64,000 nt of DNA from Candidatus Latescibacterota bacterium (lineage in GTDB: Bacteria > Latescibacterota > UBA2968 > UBA8231). The notes beneath the pieces are model-generated. The model worked only from the letters and a program-made list of their open reading frames with translations, did not search any database and was not told where the DNA came from. The position numbers and the translations under genes were made by a program. Positions 18,931 through 28,118 of this stretch are shown piece after piece. Where the stretch lies: positions 3,072,001 through 3,136,000 of the forward strand of contig OZ241889.1 in NCBI GenBank assembly GCA_965203355.1, written 5' to 3'. How positions within the stretch are numbered: the first letter of the stretch is position 1; each line of letters starts with the position of its first letter.

Positions 18931-21441
18931 ATGCTAGCACAATTCAACAAAAAGCTGTGGGATTGGTTCGCCGCTTGGAACGCCTCTCTGACCAAAATGG
19001 AGCGGGAGGCCACCCTCCAACGCGCCGAGCACCGCCTCCTCGTCTTCTTTCACGGCTACAGTTTGGCCCACGTGATTCGCCCGCTGGTGATCGCCCGTAC
19101 GCTGCGCCAGCGCGGATACGAGGTCGTCTTTGCCGGGCGCGGGCCGCACGCCGAGCGCATTACAGCCGAAGGCTTTGCCCTCTACGACGTCGAGACCATG
19201 CCGCAACAGCGCATGGACGAACACCTAGCCCGGGGCGTGTACGCCTATTACGATGACGCTTGGATCAGGCGCTGCGTCGAGGCCGAACAAGCGCTCGTGC
19301 GCCAAGTGCAACCTTCTTTGCTCATCGGCGATTTGCGTCCCACCTTGCGGATAACCGCCGCCTTGGAGAGCATCGACATCGCCCTTATAGACGCGGCCTA
19401 CAACCAGCCCGGCTACGCCCACCCTATGCGCCTGCCTGACTACTTTTCGGTGCAAGCCGGTCGTTTTGACGACTACCTAGCCCAGCACTTCGCTCCGACG
19501 CAGCCCCACCGCAGCGCGTTCCTGATGGCCGACGTGCCCGAATTCCATCCGCCGGCCGGTGCCGTGCCGCCCTCCTACTATTACGTCGGTCCGCTCATCG
19601 AAGACGCGCCCCTAGCCGACGAACCGCCCGCGGCCCTGGCCGACGCTGGCTGGGATACCTCGTTGCCCCTCATCTACTTCAATGCGGGCAGTACCGGCGT
19701 AGAGGACCGCTTCTTGCCCGCGGTCTTGCGGGCCTTGGCCTCCTGGCCCTGCCGCCTGCTGATCACCACGGCCGGCCGCTATGCTGTGACCGCGCCGTCG
19801 GCCAACGTGCGGATCGTCGATTACCTACCCGCCCGCTTGATCATGCGCCAAGCCGCGCTCTTCATCGGCATTGGCGGCATTGGCTCTATCTACCACGCGC
19901 TGGCCGAGGGCGTGCCGATCATAGGAGCACCCGAACACCTCGATCAAGAATATCACCTCAACCGAGTGCGCGACCTCGGCCTCGGCCTGAAACTATCGCG
20001 TCATCGCTTTGCCCAGGCCGAAGCCCTGGCCGAGCAGGTGCGCTACCTGTTCGACCACTACGAGGAATTCAGCACCCGCTGTACGGCCTTTGCCAAGCAC
20101 CTGTCCGCCTATAAGGGCGGAGACCGCGCAGCCGATGTGATCGATGCGCTGATTTATTCCAACGCCCCGATTGAGCCGGACAACCTAGTGTCAGAGGACG
20201 AATTCATCCGCCACCTTTACCCCCTGACCACCACCTCTTCCCGGCCGACCCTCCGCGCCCTACTCGCCGAGGCGCGCCAGCGGGGCCTACCCCACGTGCA
20301 GCGGGGGCGGCTGGTGTGGTATGACAAACATAGCTCGTGGAACTGGCTCTACGACCACGAGCCGCGCTTCTTCGAGTTGGATTACCAAATGCGGGAGAAG
20401 ATGCGGGCGCCTTTTCTGGCGCATCGCAACGGCAAGCTAAAGGCGCATCAGTCCAGCCAGCGCTACCGATTGACCTACACCTACAAGGCGCAGGTGGCCG
20501 CCTGCAAGACCACTGGACCGGCGCGGCTGTTTCTGCCCTATCCGCTGCATCGGCCCCAGCAGCCGGTCGTCGAGTTGCTCGACTGCAATCCGGGCGCGTT
20601 GCGGCCTTATCTGGCACCCCACGCCGGCTTCTTCTACGCCTACCCCTGCTCTATTGAGCCAGCCGCTGAGACGCTAGCGTTCTCGTATGCCTGCGAAGTT
20701 GAAGTCCGCAGTCTGCCGCTAAAAGAGCACACTCCGGCGTCGCTGACGCCTAGCGAGTACCGCCACTACACCGCCGTAGAGGACTCCTTGGGCCGGTCGC
20801 GGCGGGTGCGAGACGTCCTCGCCGACTTGCATCTCGACGCACCGGGCCTGAGCAATGTCGATAAGGCGCGTCGTCTGTACGAGCGTTTGGTCCGCAGCAA
20901 ACGCTTCCAGAAAACCAACGAAAAGTGTCAATGCTTGGCGTGTAGCACGGGTATCGCGCTCGGCGCCGAGGGGGTCCACTGCATTACCCTGAGCCGCACC
21001 TACATCGCCCTGTGCCGCTTGTTGGGCATACCCGCCCGCGAGGTGACCGGTGGCCTAGCCGTAGCCCCCCAAGGGCCGGACCGCTATGGCATTAGCACGT
21101 ACGACACGCCCATCTTCGGCCACACGTGGGTCGAGCTGTACACGCGGGAGACCGGCTGGTTGCCAGTGGAATTTCACGGGATCGCCCTCAGCCGCCAGGC
21201 CATGACCGCGGACAACGTCGCCGATTCCTGGTTGCGCCAGCGCATTGAAAAGCACAGCGAGGCGTTTGTCGAATACTACTTTGGCCACCTAGACTGCCAC
21301 CGGGTGGTGTGTTCCCAGTCGGTTTTGGACATCCCGCAACTCATGGTCCCCAACCCCAACGCCGCGACCAACCCCAACCGGCCGCTGATCCCGCCCGAGG
21401 GCCTGCACTACGAATGCCATTTGACCCTTGAACGCCAGTAA
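18931..21441 (+). CDS. GT-B glycosyltransferase fused to a transglutaminase-like domain
   Basis: N-terminal SLAHVIRPLVIA...GYEVVFAG, YFNAGSTG, GIGGIGSIYHALAEGVP...DQEY; C-terminal HCITLSRTYIALCRLLGIPAREVTG...HTWVELY...GWLPVE. Confidence 0.82.
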   Translation: MLAQFNKKLWDWFAAWNASLTKMEREATLQRAEHRLLVFFHGYSLAHVIRPLVIARTLRQRGYEVVFAGRGPHAERITAEGFALYDVETMPQQRMDEHLARGVYAYYDDAWIRRCVEAEQALVRQVQPSLLIGDLRPTLRITAALESIDIALIDAAYNQPGYAHPMRLPDYFSVQAGRFDDYLAQHFAPTQPHRSAFLMADVPEFHPPAGAVPPSYYYVGPLIEDAPLADEPPAALADAGWDTSLPLIYFNAGSTGVEDRFLPAVLRALASWPCRLLITTAGRYAVTAPSANVRIVDYLPARLIMRQAALFIGIGGIGSIYHALAEGVPIIGAPEHLDQEYHLNRVRDLGLGLKLSRHRFAQAEALAEQVRYLFDHYEEFSTRCTAFAKHLSAYKGGDRAADVIDALIYSNAPIEPDNLVSEDEFIRHLYPLTTTSSRPTLRALLAEARQRGLPHVQRGRLVWYDKHSSWNWLYDHEPRFFELDYQMREKMRAPFLAHRNGKLKAHQSSQRYRLTYTYKAQVAACKTTGPARLFLPYPLHRPQQPVVELLDCNPGALRPYLAPHAGFFYAYPCSIEPAAETLAFSYACEVEVRSLPLKEHTPASLTPSEYRHYTAVEDSLGRSRRVRDVLADLHLDAPGLSNVDKARRLYERLVRSKRFQKTNEKCQCLACSTGIALGAEGVHCITLSRTYIALCRLLGIPAREVTGGLAVAPQGPDRYGISTYDTPIFGHTWVELYTRETGWLPVEFHGIALSRQAMTADNVADSWLRQRIEKHSEAFVEYYFGHLDCHRVVCSQSVLDIPQLMVPNPNAATNPNRPLIPPEGLHYECHLTLERQ

Positions 21442-21451
21442 GGAGGGCGCC

Positions 21452-22528
21452 ATGAGCATCGATATTTCCGTCGTCATTGCCACCCACAACCAACAAGCTC
21501 GTCTGCGCTTGGTGTTGTGCGGCTTGGCCGGCCAGCACTTTCCCCAGGAGCGTTTTGAGATCATCATCGTCGATGACGGCTGCACCGATGGGACGGACGC
21601 CATGCTGGCCGCTGAATATCCCGAGGTACACGTGGTGTCGATGCGGCCCAATGTGGGGCGCTGCCGAGCGCGCAACGCCGGTGTCGAACAGGCGCGGGGT
21701 CCGCTCGTGGCCTTTCTCGACGGCGACGCCTTGCCGCATCCGACTTGGTTGAAGCACCTATGGGCCGCGTGGGAACAAGGGGCGCGCCAGCGCTACTTGT
21801 GCGGCTTCATGTATAGCCTGCCCCTCATTGAGTATCTGCCCGACCCGCAGCAGGCCGTCTTTGACGCAGCGCGCACGCCGAGCGTGTTGGCCGACTTCCT
21901 GCGGATCAATCAGCAACAGGTGCTGATTACCGAAGACCAAATCCGCCGCGACTTTGCCAGCATCCACGCCCGCGCCCAAGAAGGCGGCTATCCCTTTGAC
22001 GAACTGAAGGCCATGCAGGATCAGGTCGTCGAGCTGTACTCCGCCCATCCCGATTCGCCGCTGGGCTTTCTCGGCTTCTATCCGCACAACAGCGCGGTGC
22101 CGCGCCAAGCCTTCGGCGAGGTGGGCGGCTTTGCGGCGGACATTCCGTTTTCCGAGGGGTGGGATCTGGCCTATCGGTTGCAGCACGCTGGGGTCGGCCC
22201 GGGCTTTGCCCGCCAAGCCCGGACGTATCATTTGTATCACTATCACGAGTTTTCCGACCCGAGCAAACTCGCCGACGAGCAGCGCACCCGGGTGCAAGCC
22301 ATCGCCTATATGGCTCGGGAAAACCGCGACCCCAAGCTGTGGTTAATCGAGCTGTGGCGGGCGGGCATCTGGCCCGATCCGCTGCTGCCCGACGAATTAG
22401 TCTTGCGCGACCTCTTGCACTTTCACGAGCGTTATGACAAGGTGCAGCCCGACGAGATAGCCGAGTTAGAAGCCCTGCTGATGCGCCATCCGGCTTGGGC
22501 AACCGAGCCATGCGCCTTGCACCCATAA
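21452..22528 (+). CDS. Glycosyltransferase family 2
   Basis: SVVIATHN, IIVDDGCTDGT, ARNAG, FLDGD. Confidence 0.9.
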   Translation: MSIDISVVIATHNQQARLRLVLCGLAGQHFPQERFEIIIVDDGCTDGTDAMLAAEYPEVHVVSMRPNVGRCRARNAGVEQARGPLVAFLDGDALPHPTWLKHLWAAWEQGARQRYLCGFMYSLPLIEYLPDPQQAVFDAARTPSVLADFLRINQQQVLITEDQIRRDFASIHARAQEGGYPFDELKAMQDQVVELYSAHPDSPLGFLGFYPHNSAVPRQAFGEVGGFAADIPFSEGWDLAYRLQHAGVGPGFARQARTYHLYHYHEFSDPSKLADEQRTRVQAIAYMARENRDPKLWLIELWRAGIWPDPLLPDELVLRDLLHFHERYDKVQPDEIAELEALLMRHPAWATEPCALHP

Positions 22529-22542
22529 ATAGGAGCCACCCC

Positions 22543-24168
22543 ATGATAGGCATTGTGTTCAAAAAAGAGATGCTCAGCCACCTGCTGAGTCAGCGCTTCG
22601 CCGCCTGCACGGCCCTCGCCGTGATACTCATCATCGCCAACGGCATGCTGACCAGCCAAGCCTATGTCCACAAAAAGGCCAGTTACCTAACCCAACGCGC
22701 CGTCGAGGAAGCCAAACTGCCCGAAATCACCTACTATTCAGTCTTAGGCTCAGACTTCGACAACTCCGACAAGTCCCCACTCCTCGACGATGCGACCCCG
22801 CGTGCGCTACGGCCTCCGCGGCCCCTCGCGGTGTTTGCCGAAGGCGTCGAACCCGAAGTTGGGCACGCCGTCAAGGTCCTGCTCTTTGAGGTGCCCCACC
22901 AAACCGAGGCCATTGTCCCCTTCCAGTCAAAAAACCCCTATCTCAACATCTTCGCCTCCTTCGACACCTTGTACATCTTCCAACTCGTGCTGGGGCTGCT
23001 GGCCATCCTCATCGCCAGCGAGACCGTCTCCGGCGAGAAGGAAGCCGGCACCCTGCGCCTGATGCTGACCACCAACGTCAGCCGCGCCCAAGTCCTCGCG
23101 GGCAAGCTGCTGGCCGGCCTGACCACCTTGGCCATTCCCGCGGCCTTGGGCTTTATCCTGCTGACGATCTTGCTGTTGGGCACCGAGCAGATTGAAGTTG
23201 GGCTGGACGTGTGGCTGCGGTTGGGGTTGTTGTTCGCGCTGTCGCTCTTGTATCTGCTGGTGTTCTATCTGATTGGACTGGTCATCTCCTGCGCGACGCA
23301 CCGCTCGGCGACCAGTTTGATTTACGCGCTGTTTATGTGGGCGGTGCTGGCGATTGTGCTGCCCGACAGCATCACGGCTTGGCTCAACGAACAGGCTAAC
23401 ATGGGTGAAAAGTACAAGCAGGCGCACCATCGCGCCGCGCAAGTATGGGATAAGTTCGATCAAGAGGTCCTTGACCTCGTGCGGGCGCACGGCCCAACCC
23501 CGACGACCAAAGCGGCTGGCGAAGACGATATGACCCTTGGCCCCGGCCAGAACCGGTATCCTCCCATACACATGCTCGAACGGTTCAAGCACCCGCGCTA
23601 CGGAGCCAAAAGTGTCTTTGGAGGACCTGGCGTATACCATAGAAAAAAAGAGCAGCGGCCCACGTTCTATTTATCTAGTATCGTCGATACGCCGGCCCTG
23701 GCCGAGTTCCAAGCCATCCTCCGCACCGGCGAGCGACTGCGCCTGAAATACGCCCAACCCGCTTGGAACGCCAAAGCACCCCTGATCGAAGACGACCCCC
23801 GACGCATCCAACGATGGAATACCTACCTCCAACGCCTCCTGCCCGCCGGAGCCTATGCCCAAGCCGCCAGTGCATTCGCCGGCACCAGCCGACGCGAATA
23901 CTACGACTTTATCGACCAAGTACGCGCCTATCGCGGGCAGATTATCACCTTTCTCGAAGAGCGCGATGCCTTTGGCTCCCGCGAGTGGTTCAACGACGAC
24001 GATGGCTGGCGCGCCGACCTGCGCGACCTGCCGAGATTTAACGAGCGCGGCTGGACCGTCGGCCAAAGTCTGAGCCACGCCTGGCCGGACTTAACCGCCC
24101 TATTGCTGTATGCGGTCAGCCTCTTTGTTCTGGCCAACCGACTCTTTGCCCGATACGACGCCCAGTGA
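22543..24168 (+). CDS. ABC-2 type permease with large extracytoplasmic domains, paralog 1
   Basis: VSGEKEAGTLRLMLTTNVSRAQVLAGK motif, multiple TMs, AGGAG RBS. Confidence 0.88.
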   Translation: MIGIVFKKEMLSHLLSQRFAACTALAVILIIANGMLTSQAYVHKKASYLTQRAVEEAKLPEITYYSVLGSDFDNSDKSPLLDDATPRALRPPRPLAVFAEGVEPEVGHAVKVLLFEVPHQTEAIVPFQSKNPYLNIFASFDTLYIFQLVLGLLAILIASETVSGEKEAGTLRLMLTTNVSRAQVLAGKLLAGLTTLAIPAALGFILLTILLLGTEQIEVGLDVWLRLGLLFALSLLYLLVFYLIGLVISCATHRSATSLIYALFMWAVLAIVLPDSITAWLNEQANMGEKYKQAHHRAAQVWDKFDQEVLDLVRAHGPTPTTKAAGEDDMTLGPGQNRYPPIHMLERFKHPRYGAKSVFGGPGVYHRKKEQRPTFYLSSIVDTPALAEFQAILRTGERLRLKYAQPAWNAKAPLIEDDPRRIQRWNTYLQRLLPAGAYAQAASAFAGTSRREYYDFIDQVRAYRGQIITFLEERDAFGSREWFNDDDGWRADLRDLPRFNERGWTVGQSLSHAWPDLTALLLYAVSLFVLANRLFARYDAQ

Positions 24169-24186
24169 GCGGAATCCTATAACCAT

Positions 24187-24220
24187 AAAGCGGGCAGCCG
24201 GTCTATGGCTGCCCGCTTTT
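24187..24220 (+). terminator. Intrinsic terminator
   Basis: AAAGCGGGCAGCC-ggtctat-GGCTGCCCGCTTTT. Confidence 0.8.
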
Positions 24221-24311
24221 GTGTACCCGGCCACCCCGTTCCCGACACGCCAAGTAGCAAAGCCCGTCCCCGGCAAGGGCGGCCGGCTAGCGGAACCCGA
24301 CCGGCGCATCA

Positions 24312-24520
24312 TGCGATGTTTAGACGCACTAAGCGCGATATTTAGACGCACTTGTGCGATGTATTGTCGCATTTTTAGGCTGTCAAAGGACCGGGCAAGA
24401 AGCACGAGAGACGATGGTAAAATTTATTTCACCTTCCATAAACTACTATTTAACAATATGTTAGGATTTCAACGCGGCGCGATTGTCGTCCACTGGCAAC
24501 GCCTTGGCACGATGTTTGCA
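24312..24520 (+). promoter_or_regulatory. Enhancer + IHF-like site + sigma54 promoter, copy 3
   Basis: Palindromes at 24312, 24334, 24355; TGGCACGATGTTTGCA at 24505-24520. Confidence 0.88.
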
Positions 24521-24660
24521 TTATATCGTACCGAAGCAAGAAACTTCACACTCATCCGCAGGGGCAGAAAGGAGGGAACGCTTCAACACATCGTCTCAAG
24601 TGCTTCACCCCGGCGATCACCGCCTTGACCACTCAGCAAGCCAGAGCAAAGGAGAGCATC

Positions 24661-24843
24661 ATGAAAAAGCGCATCATCAGCTTAACCATTGGCCTCACGG
24701 CCTTTATCGCCAGTTTCCTGCCGCAGAAGGCCGAAGCCTTTTGGTGCGAAGCCAATTGCGATAACGGTTGGTGCTTCGCAATCGGTCCGAACTATAAGTG
24801 CGATTGCGACGCAGACGGGAACGCGGTATGCACTCTCGCCTAA
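24661..24843 (+). CDS. Secreted six-Cys peptide precursor 1 (60 aa)
   Basis: MKKRIISLTIGLTAFIASFLPQKAEA|FWCEANCDNGWCFAIGPNYKCDCDADGNAVCTLA; AAGGAG RBS; directly downstream of a sigma54 promoter. Confidence 0.88.
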   Translation: MKKRIISLTIGLTAFIASFLPQKAEAFWCEANCDNGWCFAIGPNYKCDCDADGNAVCTLA

Positions 24844-24935
24844 CCAGCCTTCAGGAGCGGCTGGCCTAAGCCACTCAACCCCCAACCCAACGCGCCCCGG
24901 AATAGTCGCTTAAACGCCGCTATTCCGGGGTGACC

Positions 24936-25100
24936 TATGGCGGGCGGGTATCTGGCCAGATCCGCTTCTGCCCGCCGAATTAGTCTTGCGACTTTCACGA
25001 GCGTTATGGCAAAGTGCAGCCCGACGAGGTAGCCGAGCTAGAAGCCCTGCTGACGCGGCATCCGGCTTGGGCAACCGAGCCATGCGCCTTGCACCCATAA
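24936..25100 (+). pseudogene. Duplicated 3' remnant of the GT2 gene
   Basis: Matches about 22353-22528 with indels; a shorter remnant recurs at about 28001-28104. Confidence 0.8.
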
Positions 25101-25114
25101 ATAGGAGCCGATCC

Positions 25115-26752
25115 ATGATAGGCATTGTGTTCAAAAAAGAGATGCTCAGCCACCTGCTGAGTCAGCGCTTCGCCGCCTGCACCGCCCTCGCCGTGGTGCT
25201 CATCATCGCCAACGGCATGCTGACCAGCCAAGCCTATGTCCACAAAAAGGCCAGTTACCTAACCCAACGCGCCGTCGAGGAAGCCAAACTGCCCGAAATC
25301 ACCTACTATGCGGTCCTAGGCTCAGACAAGAACAGCTCCAGCAAGTCGCCACTCGAGGACGATGCGACCCCGCGTGCGCTACGGCCTCCGCGGCCCCTCG
25401 CGGTGTTTGCCGAAGGCGTCGAACCCGAAGTTGGGCACGCCGTCAAGGTCCTGCTCTTTGAGGTGCCCCACCAAACCGAGGCCATTGTCCCCTTCCAGTC
25501 AAAAAACCCCTATCTCAACATCTTCGCCTCCTTCGACACCTTGTACATCTTCCAACTCGTGCTGGGGCTGCTGGCCATCCTCATCGCCAGCGAGACCGTC
25601 TCCGGCGAGAAGGAAGACGGCACCCTGCGCCTGATGCTGACCACTAACGTCAGCCGCGCCCAAGTCCTCGCGGGCAAGCTGCTGGCCGGCCTGACCACCT
25701 TGGCCATTCCCGCAGCCTTGGGCTTTATCCTGCTGACGATCTTGCTGTTGGGCACCGAGCAGATTGAAGTTGGGCTGGACGTGTGGCTACGGTTGGGGCT
25801 GCTGTTCGCGCTGTCGCTTTTGTATCTGCTGGTGTTCTATCTGATTGGACTGGTCATCTCCTGCGCGACGCACCGCTCGGCGACCAGTTTGATTTACGCG
25901 CTGTTTATGTGGGCGGTGCTGGCGATTGTGCTGCCCGACAGCATCACGGCCTGGCTCAACGAACAGGCCAACATGGGTGAAAAGTACAAGCAGGCGCACC
26001 ACCGCGCCGCGCAAATATGGGATAAGTTCGATCAGGAGGTCCTTGACCTCACGCGGGCGCAGGGCCCAACCCCGACGACCAAAGCGGCTGGCGAGGACGA
26101 TATGACCCTTGGCCCCATGGGGATGTTCGGCCAGAATCGGTATCCTCCCATACACATGCTCGAACGGTTCATACAACCCCGCTACGGAGCCGCAACCACC
26201 GTTGTAACCCATGGCATATACTATTTAAGAAATGGGCAGAAGCCACGGATTTATCTCTCTGGTATCGTCGATACGCCGGCCCTGGCCGAGTTCCAAGCCA
26301 TCATCCGCACCGGCGAGCGGCTGCGCCTGAAATACGCCCAACCCGCTTGGAACGCCAAAGCACCCCTCATCGAAGACGACCCCCGACGCATCCAACGATG
26401 GAATACCTACCTACAACGCCTCCTGCCCGCCGGAGCCTATGCCCAAGCCGCCAGTGCATTCGCCGGCACCAGCCGACGCGAATACTACGACTTTATCGAC
26501 CAAGTTCGCACCTATCGCGGGCAGATTATCACTTTTCTCGAAGAGCGCGATGCCTTTGGCTCCCGCGAGTGGTTCAACGACGACGACGGCTGGCGGGCCG
26601 ACCTACGCGACCTGCCGCGATTTAACGAGCGCGGCTGGACCGTCGGCCAAAGTCTGAGCCACGCCTGGCCGGACTTAACCGCCCTATTGCTGTATGCCGT
26701 CGGCCTCTTTGTCTTGGCCAACCGACTCTTTGCCCGCTACGACGCCCAGTGA
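25115..26752 (+). CDS. ABC-2 type permease, paralog 2
   Basis: Near-identical to 22543-24168 outside two variable patches. Confidence 0.88.
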   Translation: MIGIVFKKEMLSHLLSQRFAACTALAVVLIIANGMLTSQAYVHKKASYLTQRAVEEAKLPEITYYAVLGSDKNSSSKSPLEDDATPRALRPPRPLAVFAEGVEPEVGHAVKVLLFEVPHQTEAIVPFQSKNPYLNIFASFDTLYIFQLVLGLLAILIASETVSGEKEDGTLRLMLTTNVSRAQVLAGKLLAGLTTLAIPAALGFILLTILLLGTEQIEVGLDVWLRLGLLFALSLLYLLVFYLIGLVISCATHRSATSLIYALFMWAVLAIVLPDSITAWLNEQANMGEKYKQAHHRAAQIWDKFDQEVLDLTRAQGPTPTTKAAGEDDMTLGPMGMFGQNRYPPIHMLERFIQPRYGAATTVVTHGIYYLRNGQKPRIYLSGIVDTPALAEFQAIIRTGERLRLKYAQPAWNAKAPLIEDDPRRIQRWNTYLQRLLPAGAYAQAASAFAGTSRREYYDFIDQVRTYRGQIITFLEERDAFGSREWFNDDDGWRADLRDLPRFNERGWTVGQSLSHAWPDLTALLLYAVGLFVLANRLFARYDAQ

Positions 26753-26855
26753 GCGGAGGCAGAAAGGAGGGAACGCTTCAACACATCGTCTCAAGTGCTT
26801 CACCCCGGCGATCACCGCCTTGACCACTCAGCAAGCCAGAGCAAAGGAGAGCATC

Positions 26856-27035
26856 ATGAAAAAGCGCATCATCAGCTTAACCATTGGCCTCACGGCCTTT
26901 ATCGCCAGTTTCCTGCCGCAGAAGGCCGAAGCCTTTTGGTGCGAAGCCGATTGCGATAACGGTTGGTGCTTCGCAATCGGTCCGGGCGCCAAGTGCTATT
27001 GCAACGCAGACGGGAACCCGGTATGCAATTCCTAA
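26856..27035 (+). CDS. Secreted six-Cys peptide precursor 2 (59 aa)
   Basis: Same leader; core FWCEADCDNGWCFAIGPGAKCYCNADGNPVCNS. Confidence 0.88.
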   Translation: MKKRIISLTIGLTAFIASFLPQKAEAFWCEADCDNGWCFAIGPGAKCYCNADGNPVCNS

Positions 27036-27153
27036 CCAGCCTTCAGGAGCGGCTGGCCTAAGCCACTCAACCCCCAACCCAACGCGCCCCGGAATAGTCG
27101 CTGAAACGCCGCTATTCCGGGGCCACTCAACCCAAACTCAGAAAAGGGATAAA

Positions 27154-27975
27154 ATGAAAACGTTGCTTTTCACCCTAAGCACCGCTTGGTTGGCCACCAG
27201 CGTCGCAGCCGAGCCGAAAGCCCAGTACGGCGGCTACTCCTTCACCGACCCCGCCAGCATCCAAGCCTCTATCCAAGCCTTTTCAGCCTATGTCAACAGC
27301 TTGGAGATGATAAACGTCGAGGCCGGCGACCCGTTGCAGCAGGCCATCGCCGCCATCCCCGTCAAGGCAAGCACCCCCATCACACCCGCCCAAGAAGCCG
27401 ACCTACGCACTTGGCTCTACGACTTCTTAGTCGCTTTTTCGGGGGCCAGCAGCGACAGCCTCGCCGCCGCGTTCTACCTTCGCGAGGGCGTCAACAACCC
27501 CGAACAGATAGAGAAGTTAAAAAACGATCTTGCAAACAAGGGCCTCCTACAAGGCGATACGCCTTTTGACATCCTCAAAGCCGGACACCGGCAACTCCTC
27601 GACAAGAATGGATACGATTACTACTTCGGCAAGGTATCCTTTGCCAACAGCGCGTTTGAGGTGGCCGAAAGGCAGACCAAGCTCAGCCCTTATATCAGGT
27701 ACCTCGTGGAGAACGGCATGATTCCACCCGGGAGCGTGTACAGCAACGAGTCCAAAATGAAGAGCGAGGTTCAAGATCACCTCCAAGCTGGCCAACCGCA
27801 GACCTTGGCCGAGGTCATGCTCATCGTCGAAGAGCCCGAGGAAGTTGCCGCCCTAGAAGGGGCGCACATCCCGTTCTTCTTTCGCATGGCTTGGGACCCA
27901 AACAAGGCTATGTGGCGCCATGTAGAGGTCGTTTACTGCCGCGGGACATCGTATTTTCTGTTCCCTTACATTTAG
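27154..27975 (+). CDS. Secreted hypothetical protein, paralog B
   Basis: MKTLLFTLSTAWLATSVAA signal; family motifs as in paralog A. Confidence 0.82.
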   Translation: MKTLLFTLSTAWLATSVAAEPKAQYGGYSFTDPASIQASIQAFSAYVNSLEMINVEAGDPLQQAIAAIPVKASTPITPAQEADLRTWLYDFLVAFSGASSDSLAAAFYLREGVNNPEQIEKLKNDLANKGLLQGDTPFDILKAGHRQLLDKNGYDYYFGKVSFANSAFEVAERQTKLSPYIRYLVENGMIPPGSVYSNESKMKSEVQDHLQAGQPQTLAEVMLIVEEPEEVAALEGAHIPFFFRMAWDPNKAMWRHVEVVYCRGTSYFLFPYI

Positions 27976-28118
27976 GTCAATCCTTTCGGCCCCCGTCGGT
28001 TTTCACGAGCGTTATGGCAAGGTGCAGCCCGACGAGGTAGCCGAGAAGCCCTGCTGATGCGCCATCTAGCTTGGGCAACCGAGCCATGCGCCTTGCACCC
28101 ATAAATAGGAGCCGATCC

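Noticed and set aside
24661-24843. Peptides as ranthipeptide (SCIFF), lanthipeptide or bufferin precursors
   Set aside because: No radical SAM, Lan or MNIO/DUF692 enzyme in the cluster; the Sec-type leader and even Cys count favour disulfides.
26884-27153. N-terminal extensions of the 363/364-aa ORFs and of permease ORFs in the track
   Set aside because: They overlap peptide genes or GT2 remnants; downstream ATGs have RBSs and signal peptides or match paralog starts.
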